Made by a program: the position numbers and the translations under genes. From NCBI GenBank assembly GCA_037447605.1, contig CM074805.1:2699361-2763360 (forward strand): a stretch of 64,000 bases of DNA. Reading direction: 5' to 3'. This stretch comes from Zygnema circumcarinatum SAG 698-1b. Lineage: Eukaryota; Plantae; Zygnematophyceae. The notes beneath the pieces are model-generated. The model made no database searches. It was not told the origin of the DNA and was given only the letters and a program-made list of their open reading frames with translations. Below, in pieces: positions 1-14,170 of the stretch. How positions within the stretch are numbered: position 1 is the first letter of the stretch; the number at the start of each line of letters is the position of its first letter.

Positions 1-1460
1 TAAATGGGAAACTGTAAGTGATTTGAAGGGGTTCACACGGAAAGTATTTTCCTTCAAGGGCCGTCTCATACCGTCTCTGCAGACATTGGTGCACTGGCGC
101 CAGATAGTGTGCAGGAGGACGAGTGTGATTTTGCATGCGAAGTGCCAAACGCAAAACCGAGTGTGCAGGACTGGGACTTCTCCTGCAACAGGAGGTACAG
201 GGGCTGGAGTAGCCTCCAAGATAAGGTGATTACAGAGTCAATTTTATCACTGTCGAATAGCTTTGGCTGAGAATAGAGGGCATCAGGATTAGGATCAGGA
301 TGAGGTTCACTTGTTATTGCTGATGCTATTGATCACTTCGGAAAGTTTCGTACAAATTATCCTAATTATACGTAGGATATGCTCGTTAGGGAGATTCGAT
401 TAGGTGCTTATTGTGGAATGCGCCGCGCGCTTCAATTGCGCTCAGCGTTGAATAGTTTCTGCAGCGCCTGCTGTCCCTTGGAGGTATATTGGAGTGGTTT
501 TAGGACAATCTGACCATATGCAGTTCATGCAATTTACAGGATTGAGGGGATTCGGAGAAGGTTATTGAATTGTGAACACAGTGAGCGAGCGATGTTGCGT
601 TTCTTGTTCTTTATAAAACCAGCCAGCCTAGTGGATACGTTCTGCAATAGCTTAATCGTTCAGCTTTGCTTTTCAATTAACCACCACAATTGAGGAGCGT
701 GCGAGCTTTGAACGGCCACATATGCAACTTTAGGACATTGTATCTCAGTGACATTTCCGTACTGCTAGAAAAGATAACATGAGAATCCTGCTTGTCGTAT
801 ACCCGTGTCCAAGATTTCAAGTTTTCTACGAATTAGTCATATGGCCATTGCCACATTCATTGATTTTTGTTTTATATTTCTTGTCGCCTTTATATCCTGC
901 CTTATACTATTCTGTGTAATGATCAAGTTTTGTTATTTTGATGAACTACTTTGAAAAGCTGTTTTGAAGTGAAGAGTTCAACTCGGTTGAAGTTTTATTT
1001 ATTGCTCCATGGGCCTTTTTCTGAGGGAATGAAAGGGAAAGGGTGCAGGGTGGCAGGTTAAATGCATCGTTTTCGACATGTTTAAGGGGAGGGCTTGCAA
1101 CCAAAATTGGATTGCTTCGTCGTTTTCGTATAACTCATGCTAGTTATGCAAGATCAGGATATCTGCAACAGCGGCACTGGTCACCTACTGGAGCAACATT
1201 TCATGAAAGCCACACACTTTTTGCCTTCAAACTGATGCCGACTTCTTTTATCTTGGTTAAAACCCTGGAATTATGGTCGGGCGTTAAGAGATATGGCTCA
1301 GTGAAACTCTATAATGAACTGAAATGGGAGTAAGGGAAGCACAATTTCGCAAGGATCTGGAAGAAGGAAGATTTCATTTGCCATAAGCTGCCTCGTTGGC
1401 AGCCTGGTTGAAAGGCCTGCTTCAGATCAGGAGAACATTAGATTTTTTTCTACTTTCAAT

Positions 1461-4400
1461 ATGAATGTGGTGGAGAACGGAGAGGATGCACTGCCGATGA
1501 TAGGCAATCGTTTCACGGAAGGCAGCACTTGTGATGGTGAAAATGTCCATAATCTAGACGTTGACCGGATAGCTGATTCTGCAGATTCAGAGATTGAACT
1601 TTCCGTGAAGAGTCTTCTGGAGGTTGGAGGAGAAAAAAATGCGGCATTTATAAGCGGATCCCAGAAGCAGTCTGTAATTTTGCTCACCTTAACTGCCGGT
1701 ATCGGTGGATTTCTATTTGGTTACGATACAGGTATAGCCCGCGTCATCATGTCGTGTGCGGAAGGAAACCAAATGGGAGCTGGAAAAGGCAATTTGAGAT
1801 AAGAGAGCTTTGAAAAAAAGGAATTGGCTAGCTACAAGAAATCCATGGATAACCTGTTGGTGGAGTTTTCGGAATGCCTTATTGTTGTTTTGCTGGGCCT
1901 TGTACGAGATTAGCCAAGAATTTATGTACATCTAGAAAGCTAGAACTGTAACTGCTTTTCATGGTTGTTTCTACTTGTTTTTTACAGTCTCGTCTAGGTC
2001 TGAAGAGCAAAGCACGGTGCTCACAGTCATAGTAATTGCCCTCAGGTGTAATTTCGGGCGCTCTTCTTTACATTCGTGATGAATTTCCGTCTGTTGACAA
2101 AAGCACAGAGCTACAGGTGAAATGCCGAGTTTCAAAAGCTGGACAGCAACTGGACTTGTTCGTTCCTTTTTGGCTAAAACCTAAGCCTTCTTTTCCTCGC
2201 TAAGCCAATTGTAACTGTCTTGGAAATGTATCTTCTTGGCAATCGACCATTATTGAGAAAGCTCTGCAAGTCTGCCAGTAGCTGGTCTCAGGAAGCTTTG
2301 AAAAAATACAAGTTATCAGAATCAATCGCTTGAATATTCCATCAGACATTTATGTTCGTTGCTTAATGTCACTGCACACTGGCGCATCACATTCCTTAGC
2401 TGATGTTAATGTATTTAAGTTAATTTCTGTGTGTGCCAGGAAGCAATTGTCAGCTCAGCTATTTTTGGGGCTGCCTTTGGAGCGACAATCGGAGGCCACC
2501 TAAACGACAGGCTTGGCCGGAAGATGGCGATACTTGCAGCTGATGTTCTGTTCGCACTCGGTGCACTTTTGATGGCTTTTGCTATGGGGCCAGCTTTCCT
2601 CCTCGTGGGCCGGATCTTCGTTGGGGTTGGCGTGGGTGTGGCCTCAATGACAGTTCCTCTTTACATTGCGGAAGTCTCACCGTCTAAAATACGTGGAGCG
2701 CTTGTCAGTGTGAACGTGCTTATGATTACGAGTGGACAATTCATAGCTTATCTGGTCAATGTGGCATTTACTACGGTATGATTTCGTTGCACCTTCCTTT
2801 TCCTGCTGTTTGCAATAGGTCATTGGGTGGAGCGTGGTGAAGAGTCCAGTGGGGTACTAAATGTGGACAAATCACTCGGAGTCGCATTGGGCATAAGCGT
2901 ATGTTACATATTTGTTTGAACATATCTCTGCCTCTTTGTCTCCTTGCTTTCTTGAGCCTCCATGTGCAGCATGCTGTGTTGCTCGTGCAGTTGACAACTG
3001 CAAGAGCTACACAACATTTCTGCTGCATGGTATTGCTGGAGGGACTGGAGAATCTCACTTGTTTCATACTTTGTAAGCACTCTAACTATGCAAAGGTGAT
3101 CTTATCAATCATATTTTCTGGTGTTACCTGATCTGTCCACAGCTCATCTGACCATTTTTGAAAGGTGGCATACAGGACAGGTTCCAGGCACATGGAGGTG
3201 GATGTTGGGGGTAGCAGGAGTGCCTGCAGTTTTGCAGGCCCTGCTTATGCTGCCCCTCCCTGAATCTCCTCGATGGTTGCTTAAGCAGGTAATCGGTCTC
3301 CTCTATTGCTGTTTGAGTCAAGCCGGAAAATCCTAGTCTCTCTAAAGCATCTGTGCAGATGAGATATCTGAGGTGCTCTAATCATTTGGCTCTTGAAAGA
3401 TTTACGCCCTTCTGGTCCCTTTCATGTAGGCTGCAGATTTACCTCCCATTACAAAATACCAAGCAGAGTATTAAGCAGTAAAGGATTATGGTTATAGGTC
3501 TAAGACCAAGCATTATTGTGGCCGATATGCCACTCTTCAGTGGACCCATGGGTTTTGATTGATGCATTCCACGAAGTAAAATATTAACTGTTCTAGAGAG
3601 ATGTACTGAAATTGACAGATAATCTCGCCTGCGAATTGTGCATATGATAGCACGGATAGGCTAGATTCTTCACATGCACCTATAGACACCTTCCTCCAAA
3701 TAATGCCCATTGGCCCTTTTTGCATAACAAGTATGAAGACTCTTAACTTTGTTCTGTCATCGTGGAGGTGCCTGCAAACAGGGGAGAATTGCTCAGGCTG
3801 TTGTCGTCATGCGGAGATTAAGGAGCGAGGACGAGCTGAAGGTAGACCTTGCGGAGATGTTAGAAGTTAACAATGGAGAGCGGCGCAAAGTAGGTGCAGA
3901 CGAGCCTGCCAAGCTTCGCGATTTGGTAGCGACACCAGAAATGCGCCTCGCTCTGACAGCTGGTGTGGGACTGCAGGTGAGAATTTTTGGAAGGGTAGAT
4001 TTAGAGACATGCCAATTGGGTAGATGTAGTTCGTTGAATATTCGGGCAAGACAGTTCTTGTCTAATTTTGGTTGGATTTGGCATGCTTCTTAGGACTAGA
4101 ACTAAAAGTTCTGGTAATCTTTAGCTTGTGGGTCAATCTCCAAGTGTTGAAGAACATTCTATCGTAGACTAGTGAAGTGCAGATTTTTCTAGAATCTTGA
4201 CTAAGCATAAAATTTACGAATGAATTTAAGTCGGATGACGTGACAAGTTTGTATGCAAACAAGAGGGGGCTGTAGTCCACATAGGCACAGATAATTTATT
4301 TGCTACTATTGAAGGCACTCTTCAAACTGATATCAGTATAGCAGCCTGCAGTGAATGGCAAAGTCGAAGGCAATTTGTCCGTGCGTGCTACTTACACTGT

Positions 4401-6101
4401 TACTCACCGTGCTTTTTCCTTGTGGAGCAGATTCTCCAGCAGCTTGTGGGCATCAACACTGTCATGTATTATAGCCCCTCGATAGTGGAGCTGGCAGGCT
4501 ATGCAGCCCACAAGACAGCACTTCTCCTCTCCCTTGTTGTGGCGGCCATGAACGCTCTCGGGACTGTTGCAGGAATGATTCTGATTGACAGGTGTGGCCG
4601 GAGGAAACTAGTCATGAGCAGCTTGGTGGGAGTGATTTTGGCCCTCGCCATTCTTGGAGCCTCATTTAGTCTGACAACTACGGATCCACCACTTCTTCAG
4701 CCTGGTGGCCTCCCATCTGCACCAGGCTTGGAGTGCTCTGTGGTAGGAATCACTGAGGGGAGGGCAGCAAACTGCCTGCAGTGTCTTGAAGGAGGATGCG
4801 GATTTTGCTCGGCTGCAGGTAATCAGGTAAAAACACTCTTCATTCGGTTAACAGGCCTTGGCCTGGGGGCTGAAGTGACCATGCTCAACTGTTGGAAATC
4901 TAAGGGTGGTGTTTTGGACCAAACCGGCAGAAAGTACGTCTTAGGTTGTATAGATGTCTTCGATATGACTTGTAGAAGTCGCTATTCTAGACTCATTGTG
5001 GCCGTGGTACAGGTAAAATCCTGTCGGGAATCGAGTCCTAAAGTCCTGAGGTAGAATGCTCTTGTAAACATTCCCGGGCAGAGCTCACATGCTGATCAGC
5101 ACATTTTGCACAGAAGCATCCTGATTTTTCACTGGTGCACTGTGCATTCAAGCCCGTTCGTGCTTAGACTCACTGGGGTTTGTTTTGGGGGGTGACAGAT
5201 GGCCCCAGGTGTGTGCATGGTGCGCAACTCAACATCTTCGGGCCTATGCTGGGAAGAGAACAGATCCTGGTTCACCAAGGGATGCCCTAGGTTAGTGTCC
5301 TCTTGCAGACTTGGGCTGAATGGGCTTCATTATGGGGGAAGAGAACAGTTCCTTGGAAGTGGCTGGACTGGGGAGTTCAACAGCTAACTCACCGTGAAGT
5401 ATAGACGCAGAATGCTGGTCTAATCTCCCTCCTTAAAAGTCATGACAAATTATTTCAACTCTTGTTAGAGACAGGGGCATTCGAAGCATGAGCCAACTTA
5501 GAACATTATGATTGGTTTTGAATGTGGCTACATGTGATTGGTGGACCCATTTAAAGGGCTGATTCAATCAGTCTCCAACTCAGGTCCCTGGAAGTATCGA
5601 AGTAACCTATTAGTTGTAGCTGTCCTATACTATTCTACCTATATCCGTATGAAAAGAAACTCTAGTTGATTCAATTCAACTCCAGACACACTCTTTCTTC
5701 TACCTATGTCCACTTCCTTCCTGATGAACTTCTGGTTTTGCAGTCACTATGGAGCTGCAGCGCTCGTTGGCCTGGCTCTGTATATTGCGGCGTTCGCACC
5801 CGGCATGGGCCCTGTTCCCTGGGCAGTCAACTCAGAGATATATCCTCAGAAGCTTCGGGGTCTGGCGGGGAGCGTGGCTGCTACAGCCAATTGGATCGCC
5901 AACCTCATTGTCGCCCAGACGTTTCTGACTCTCGTCAGGCTTCTTGGGACTGCAATCACCTTCTTTTTGTTTGGAGTGGTCGCTGCATTCGCCCTCCTTT
6001 TTGTGTACTTCGTCCTTCCAGAAACTCGGGGGCTTTCTTTCCAGCAAGTGGAGCGGATGTGGGAGGAGAGAGCCAGACAAGATGCGGATGTGTCCGGCTG
6101 A
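1461..6101 (+). CDS. INT: Inositol transporter (MFS sugar porter, INT family, with Cys-rich extracellular loop), 8 exons
   Basis: Exons 1461-1731, 2046-2116, 2440-2775, 3181-3288, 3782-3976, 4431-4826, 5199-5290 and 5744-6101 join in frame at GT-AG sites. Motifs: [64 protein letters not shown]. The Cys-rich loop [12 protein letters not shown]...[14 protein letters not shown] is typical of INT2/INT4-type proteins. Confidence 0.94.
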
Positions 6102-6418
6102 CAGGTCACAGTTGTGGTACGTAGTTTTGAGGGTTCCAACGGTTTCTGCTTCACAATTATGGCAGCTGTAAGTTGTTATCGAGTGTATGGCACACTTGTC
6201 CTAATATTGGATACATCGCATTTCTCCCTTCTATGTTTTAGGGTTTTTCTTTTGCCAGTTTCCATTTTGCAGCAGCATCAGGGTGAGCTGTAAGCCAGCC
6301 AATAGACAGATGGTCTGTGTCCTTTGCAAAGGTGATGAATTGAAGAACGTGTTGCAACACCTATTGTTGGGGACAACAAGGGGACGTCACAAGGTTCTAT
6401 CTTGGCAAATAACGGCTG

Positions 6419-6456
<38 letters not shown>
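6419..6456 (+). repeat. (GA)n microsatellite
   Basis: Direct run of GA dinucleotides with one interruption. Confidence 0.95.
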
Positions 6457-6457
<1 letters not shown>

Positions 6458-6792
6458 CGCTATGTACTCTCTTAATAATCGTCTCCTCCGTCATCATTCT
6501 TTTCCTTATTCACCTAAAACAAGATAAAATATCAGCCTGTTGCGATCTTAATAAACGCCCTCATCCCTCATAATCCTTCGTCTATTTCCACCCAAAACAA
6601 GATGAAATCACAGCCTGCTGCGAATAGTTTCACAGCAGGAAGTTCTCTGGTAGATTTCTTTAGTTCCCTTTGCGCACCCCTGTAGTAGGGACCTCGAAAC
6701 ACGCCGCGACTGCGCAGGACCTTTTCGGTTACGGGCCAGGAAAAAAAGCTTCTTTCCGCAAGAATGGCGACATTGTTTTCGAGCGGTAAATT

Positions 6793-9700
6793 TCAAGGCC
6801 GTTGCGGAACACTGAAGTTTGGCGAAAAATAATTACAGCCCATGGATGGGCTTACGGTCCCACTGGATGTTCCTAGCCAGCTCTCATCAGTCAATCTGCT
6901 CCACACACTGCGCAGAAAACAGGGACTCGACATGTCAGAAGTCTGTCTTAACTGCGGGGGGTCTGGCTCCATGCGAACAAACCCTTTCCATGTAAAACTC
7001 AGAACTGTAACTGTAGCCATGTGATGGGCACTCACATGAGTCTCTCCGAAAGGGCATGTCCTTATTCTGGCCTTCACGGCGTCCGCCAGCTGGCGGTCGC
7101 GCACCCACCAGTCGTGCTTCTCGTCGTCGGCCAGAGTTCGCCCGCACCTTGGCTCCTTCTCGTCCGTCCTCTCTTTGAGGTTGTAGCGCTGGAAATGCAT
7201 GTGACCCATCTCTGTTTCCAAATTCAGATCTTGGCCTCCTTCCGACGGATCAACGACCCTGTGCACCCTCACACGGAACACCTGCCACACAATCGTAACA
7301 TCAGCTCATCAGCTGTAATCGACAAGCTTCACAAGGAAATCCACAAAATGCAGAAACGAAAAACATCACCACATTCGCAACATGCTAGATGCAAAAAAAA
7401 AGAAGGAAATAAGGGATTCCCCTACGAAGCCATTTGTTTCGTTCCGATGATTCTGCCCTTACCTTGCGTGGATTCACAATCATTTTCCTATGGCCCGCAT
7501 CATCGAGGCAGAACCTCCAGTCCGGATAGAGGTCCTTCTTCGTACAGTAGTGCCCTGGCCAGTGAAAAGTCATTCTCTCCAGTCCAAAAAGATCATCTCC
7601 CTCGTCCTTGTTGCAGATGCCAATTCCCCACCAGACGGAGCCATGGGTCAGCCATGCCTTATCTTCATATTTCTTCAATAACCCTCCGATACCTTCAGGC
7701 CCCATTGGATTCAGGAACTCGTCAAGGTCCAGCATGACGACCCATTTGGAATTCAGTCGGGAACGATAGACGCAATCGTGTTGTGCAAGAGCCTGCCAAG
7801 GGATGAGTTTATGTCAGCAGAAATTAAGGAAACTCGCACAACTTGGTTAGGTCAGGAGCTCTGGGATGGGAGCCTAACAACAAATGCAATGGGTACAGTA
7901 GGTAGTGTTGGCAGTTGTTACGGTTCAACGTTTTGCTTTCTCGACATTCTGGACATACAGTAAAACGAGCTGCAAGTGGCATCCTACTCTTACCTGGGCA
8001 TAGGACCAGACGCTGTACAGTGTAGCATCCGAGAAATCAACAACCTCCATCATGCCCGCGTGGATATAGTCCTTCAAGTGATTGGCGACATCCGAATCGA
8101 ATGCATTCACATTGTACATCACAAAGTGATCGACTCCCGCAATTACGCGATGCCAGTCGAACCACTCCCGCACGGCTTGTCCATGCAGCTCGCCAAACAG
8201 AGGTGGAGAGCACTCCGTCAACTTGTAGTGTAAGATGGGCTCATCCAACTGCACACTCCACACAAGCATGACACCAAGTCAAGTCAGCTCATCTGATCTC
8301 TTTGCAACAGAAACATCAACTAATGCTTCTTCCCTCAATAAGTGTCGTTTAAAAGGCCTTTACGGCTAGAAATGACGAGGGAAGTAGACCTTAACCTCCT
8401 CAGCTGCTAGCCCATTTCTCAAACATCGTTCAAATTGCAATGGCGCCGTTGCCCTTGTATACTATTGGCTGTGCTGAATAAGAAATGAAGCTTTCATGGC
8501 GGCGACTGACCTGCGGATATACGTCTTCTCTCAGCAGCACAAACTCCTCATCGTCGAGGCCTGCAACAAGGAAGCCTCCAGCTGTGCCTGTAACGGAGTT
8601 CAGAGTGCATACAAGCAATGCCGGTTCGTACTGCGGGCACAGGCAGCGAGACAGGTGGGCGTAGCGTCAGTTATGTTGCAGTTTTTTTCCTAACCAGTTT
8701 CTCAGAGCCTTAGAAATGCCATAATCAGATCTGAAAGTAGACGCTATGAGCTCATACTGCAGCATTGTTCCCTTCCCTCCATCCATTTCATGCGGTTTTT
8801 CAAGGACGCCATTAAGATTTTCACAATGTCGAGAATGCCCATCTCCTCCATCTACTGTACTGTAATAAGTGCATGGACGAGACCTCGTCCTTAAGCCCAA
8901 GGGAGGGGAAATTGCCAACTTGGTGACCCTAACCTGTAGAAAAAATAACCACACCTAACTCTAGAGGAGAAAGTATGACCTAACAACTTCTGGTTTATTC
9001 GGTTTGTGACGTATCACATCTATGGTGCATGGTAGTTATCATCCTGAGGGCAACTTCCTTGCACGCTAGAGATACGCAAGTTACGAGTAAGAGATCGCAT
9101 GAAATCATGCGATACTGATGATAATCACAGTCCCCTATCTGCTGCTCCTTTCTATCCCATTCTCCAGAAAAGTTTTGCCACTCTCCTTTAGAGATACAGA
9201 ATAGGGACAGCAGGATTTGTGGTGCAGGCATGGATGGAGAGGGAGAGGGGGAGGGGGAGGTCGAGGGGGCAGAGCATTACCCTGAGGCTGTGATGCTCAT
9301 CGGTGCCTTCCATAGTGAGCTCCCCATCCACACTCCCTCCCTCATTTCCGAACCACCTGCAGCCCTGGAAAGTGCGCATGTCTCGCATGCGAAGGGCAGC
9401 CAATCCCACAGTCACAAACTTTGTGGGAGAGAGTCTGTACGAGCTGCAAAATCCAACCCCCAAATTACCGGAAATGAGTGAATTCTCGGAACTTTTCATG
9501 AAAGAAATTGAGGATAAGCAACTCAGTCAAGAGAGTCTGTGCAGAATTTGATCTGCTTTGGACCTCGTCAAGTGAGAGATGCCTACAGGAGACGACCAAT
9601 CATAGGAGCACAGGGCTAGGGTAATGCGATGTGTGTGGAGGCGCTAGGCTCACAGGGCAATAGAAAAGTCAAGCAAAGGCCCAAGTCCGAGAAGCTTACC

Positions 9701-11620
9701 TGTATTGAATAAAGCCGTACATCCCATGCCTAGTCCAAGAGCTTTGGTGCCAGTCCTTCGGATCGGAGCTCGATATCCTTTCATGGCGGAAATGCCTGTC
9801 TTTGGCAGCGACTGCTTTCGGAAGCGAAACCGCCACCTGAGAACTTTCAGAAAACCTGCTTATGTTAGTCACACGCACATGCACACATCTGGTCCGTGTT
9901 CTAGTTTCAGCCCAAAAAACAAAGTGATGAGTTTTTCAAAAAATCAACGGCCGTCCAAAACTCATCTGATCTGAACCCTTCATGCTGACCCCTTAACAAA
10001 TAAAAAACTCACCTCCATCTGTGACACTTTATGCACTTGTCTCTCCAGAAGAGCGCCCTGCCTCTGAATCGACTCTCGCTGCTGCCGCACCTCCTGCGCT
10101 TGGTTGTCGACAGAGCGCTTTGTCTGCCGCCATGCAGGGGGTGGGGCTATCAGTATGAGAACTTCGGTATGGGCTATTGAGGAAAACACACTATATGGGG
10201 GCAGATGAGGGGCAGTGAGAGAAGTAAAATGGTTAGCTTTGCAAAGACTGAAGCAATTGAGAAGACAATTGGACTGGATTGCGTTGGAAAAATCGCAGGG
10301 ACATGGCTGACATCAGAGGCAATTCCACAAATTACAGGAATGAAAACGAGGTTAACGGATTAAGAAGGTGGAACATGGAACAAGCCCGGACCTGCCATTG
10401 AAAAAGGGTAAGTTTCAACTCACCTGCTCAATAGAGTCTGTTAGAAGCTCAAGCTGGCCTTTCGTAGCAGCTGCATCCCCCAGTCAGGAGGACAAGAGAG
10501 GGTCATCATTTGCTGCTTTTGCATGAATGAATCTCCTCCTAGGAGTTATTTTTCAATCTACCATAAAGCTGCAGAAGGGCATCTTCCGACTCAGTTTGTG
10601 AACATTCAGTCAGAATCGCCTTCAGGGACATTTCATTTCGTCTCAATATACGTTTCGCATGGCTGGGTCTTACATTTCATGGTTGACAGTTCAAACGCCA
10701 TGTTGCGGAGCAGAGTCTTGGTGCTGACCTTCACAGCGTATGTCTGTCAGGCATGAGGGTGATGTGGAGTTATGAGCCTACTTCCAATCCAAATTAATAC
10801 TTTAGAATAGAGCGAGTAGGAGAGTGTACCATCAGCCAACTTAACCCCCCAATTTATTTTCTTCAGTTAAATTCAAGCTTCTCCTCTCGTCCAGTGCGGA
10901 GGGATACTGAGCAAAAAGAAGCAGGTAGGCAGCTCACATTATTTGCAAGCGATCCTGACGTGAATCCCTCTCCAATAAGAGTGATTGTACCCTCTTCCAC
11001 CATCTCTTGGTATACTGCCTGCCAAAGAAATGTAACAATACAAAAAGTTAGTTTTTAGTTGCTCCAGAAAAATTGCACTCTTTTCTCGCGCCTGTGGTTA
11101 GTAGTAACAAGAAAGAAGGGAGTTCTCTAAGCGGCTCAGGTTTCTTAAAACATGTTTGTATCTGGAGTCAACCATGAGCATAGCCAGATTTTTTTACGTC
11201 TTCGCAATCTAGCCCATTACTTATTCACAAAGCGCTTCCAGCCTTCCAGCCGTGCCTTCGGCAACCCCCAGGGACTCTCCATCGTAGTTTTAACCCCTTG
11301 CGGTTCGAACGAGGGAAAGACGAAGTACTCACAAATGATGCAAGGACGAGTGCCATTCCAACGGAAATGAGAATAATCAGATTCTGCGATCCCAAACCCC
11401 ACTTAACGTGTTAACGTCGTCGCTTTTACTTATGCTCAAAGGACTCGGACCGCATGTTCTGTTCCAGAGGAGATGAACTTGGCTCTGTAGCACTTACACA
11501 AACATACTGCGGACATTTAAGACAGTTTCCCAGTCGGTTCTCATCTCTTTTCCCCATTCGGTTTGACTTTGGGGTCAGACACTTGTCTACTCCCGCCGTT
11601 CCGCCTCCTCCTCCTCCCAC
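6793..11620 (-). CDS. Glycosyltransferase family 92 (GALS/galactan synthase-like, DUF23), multi-exon; 5' end uncertain
   Basis: Minus-strand exons give CSPPLFGELHGQAVREWFDWH...DHFVMY, LDLDEFL, HRKMIVNPRKV...RVHRV, which resemble GT92/GALS motifs (CGSPLYG..REW..YH; DxDEF; K.IVNPR.V...GVH). A putative TM exon NLIILISVGMALVLASF (~11332-11382) and a stem exon AVYQEMVEEGT lie upstream. The start codon and any 5' UTR exon near 12.9-13.1 kb are unresolved. Confidence 0.8.
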
Positions 11621-14170
11621 TCCAAACTCAAGGTGGAATCTGCAAATGGTTCAACAATGTGGAAGTGAATCAGCCACTCGCAAAGACCTAGTCCTGCCAA
11701 TTAGGGTTAGTACATAGGAACACCAACAGGCACGGAGCTTAAACTTAAATACTTATTCGAAAGGTTTGGCAAAAGCTGATTCACAGCCTTGATTCCAATG
11801 GCAGATGTAGCGGAAACCAACTGACAGCGGAAAAAAATTGGGGCCTTACAGAGAATTCAGGGTTCAGGGTTTCAGGGTTTTGTTTCCTTATGTTCAAGCG
11901 AAACTACTCTATCCAAATTTCAGCAATTCAATTTGAATCAACGGAATTGAACGATTTTCCAAAAATGCTCATACGTCGCAGCTTTAGGGGTGAATCTGAA
12001 GCGCGGCAGTCCCTTCACTCATCAGATTCATCCTCATTTACTCGAAAATTAGTAACCACCAGTCGCATCGCTGGTGCTCTATTCACGAATGGTCAGAACA
12101 AGCTTTGCATTGTTAGTCTTCCGGCTAGGCAACGGATTATTCTCGTCCTGAAGATTCATTGAGCGTCCCAATAATGCGATCTGAAAGAGCGCATTGCTAT
12201 TCTACCATCGCATTAACACAAAAACCAGGGTTAGGTTTAACCGCCGAAAGCCACCACGTCATTGAGAGCATTAAAGACGGTTCAAAGTACCATGCAAGTG
12301 TGTATGAGATCTGATTCCGAAACTGTAAGCGTGGATGAGCAACAACGTAACAACAAGTGCTTTACGGAGCGGAAAGAACGCAAGAGCAGCAGTCACATAT
12401 AACGAGACAGTTGCTTTTCTAAGGCTCGAGTGAAATTTTATAAATGCAGGAGAATAATTCAATTACTGAATTGGTGTGGAGCAAAAGATTCAAAAAATCC
12501 GCGAACAACAACGACCACAAGCGTAGACTGCTCTGCTCTGCTCTGCTCTGCTCCGAATGCTTTTTGCTGGCGCGGAAAGAATCTGTGCAGGCTTCAGCGG
12601 CACTTGTGCAATACTCAACGGACGGGGTGTGTAAACGAATGTAAGACATTCGCAAGGTGAATGGTTCTTGTTTTTCTGAAGGTTTGGAGGTTCCTAAGCA
12701 AGAAGCAAGTAGCAGCAGCAGCCGCTTGGTCTTGCAAACAGTTACAAACAACCTGACACATAATGCACCTCCTTCAAAAGCAAAAATTAAGCCTGAAGCC
12801 TTTCAAATAGAGCAAGACAGAAGGAGACATAGCGGACATGTACCGCAGCCTGTGAAAGGAAAGAAAGGGCGCAATACCTGGCGATCCTGCCTGCCTGTCC
12901 GGCCAGCTGCCTCAAGCAGCGGCAGCCCCTGCCTCCCCTCCCCTCTGCCCCTGCCCCCTCTCCTCTCCTCCTCCTCCTTCTCCTCCTCCTTATCCTCCTC
13001 CCCCTCCCTCTCCCCCTCACCCTCCTGCAGCGAGGCGAGACAAGGAAAAGCAGCCGCTGGACGCCTCACGACGCCATCGGAGGGACTTTGTCACCGTGCG
13101 GACCGCAGACGCACGCCGGATCTCCTTGGTTTCCGCCGAGGCCGGTACCGTACGATCCTTTGGACTGTCTAACTGCCGTGTGTGGCCGTTCAGCTACGCG
13201 TCAAAATGCACGGGGTAGTTATTGTACGAACAGCCCCAACTGGACCAGGAAGTCCCTTCGGCGCGCGGCCGTCATAACTGTCGCGGGAGGGCCGTTGACT
13301 GCCCGGGGCCGGTGCGGAGCCCGACCGACGTGGGACGTCGCATGCGGCCCGCACGATCCAGTAGAGCGTCAATCCATTAGGAAATTTTACAACCAATGAG
13401 AAGCGCCTTCGGGCATCTAAATTGCGCCAATTTCTGACTTTACCCCGTTTCGCCACATGGATCCTATTAGAGAGTGGTGTACTTGACTGTACGGTGGGGC
13501 AGTGTCTGTGAAGTCTTCTGTACGGTTTCGTACAGGACTTCCATGCGTACGGCCCGCAGGCAGATCCGCGCATTAACGCGCGGGCAGTTGGCCGCTCGGT
13601 CGTTAAAGTACGAGACCGCATCGTATCGCCAATACGGTACGATGCTGAGACCGTGATGTGCCGAAAGGCGGGGATGCGGTCGAGCCGATATATCCCGATG
13701 CATGATTACTGTCCTGACGTACTCGCCGATATGCGGGACCATGATGGTGATGATGGCATGCATGCATGCATGATGATGGCGCCTTGACCATGGCCAGTCG
13801 GCATGGCCTCATGAGGGCGCCCCTTGGGAAGTGGAATCAGCCTCTGCGGTTGTGCGCGTGCGCGGCCCTTCCTTCCGGAACTGGCGGAGAGGGAGAGGGT
13901 CCATGGCATCATCATGTCAAAGGAAGAGTCCATGTCCTGGGCAGAAATCTGCAGCGCTGCAAGGCATGGTTTCCTTTAGTATGTGAGGAGATGCCGCGCA
14001 TGGCGTGCTTTCAGGGAGTACCGTTTTATTTTACAGAAATCGTCAAGTTGTTTACCTGTCAGGACTAATCTCAGCTTTCTGTACTTCATTGCACTCGGTT
14101 CAAGACAGCGTGTCAATTTCTAGCCTCTTTGCCAGTGTTTGTCTCGTCGATTTCTAGGGTTTCCTCAGCC

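Noticed and set aside
1-270. Exon of an upstream minus-strand gene
   Set aside because: Several frames are open but none shows a recognisable motif, and the context is cut off by the window edge.
1461-1731. Tonoplast dileucine signal in the INT N-terminal extension (SVKSLL)
   Set aside because: No acidic residue at the -4 position required by [DE]xxxL[LI].
11855-11882. Interstitial telomeric repeat (TTCAGGG x3)
   Set aside because: Too short and degenerate; similar telobox-like words at 14155, 21870 and 44930 are common.
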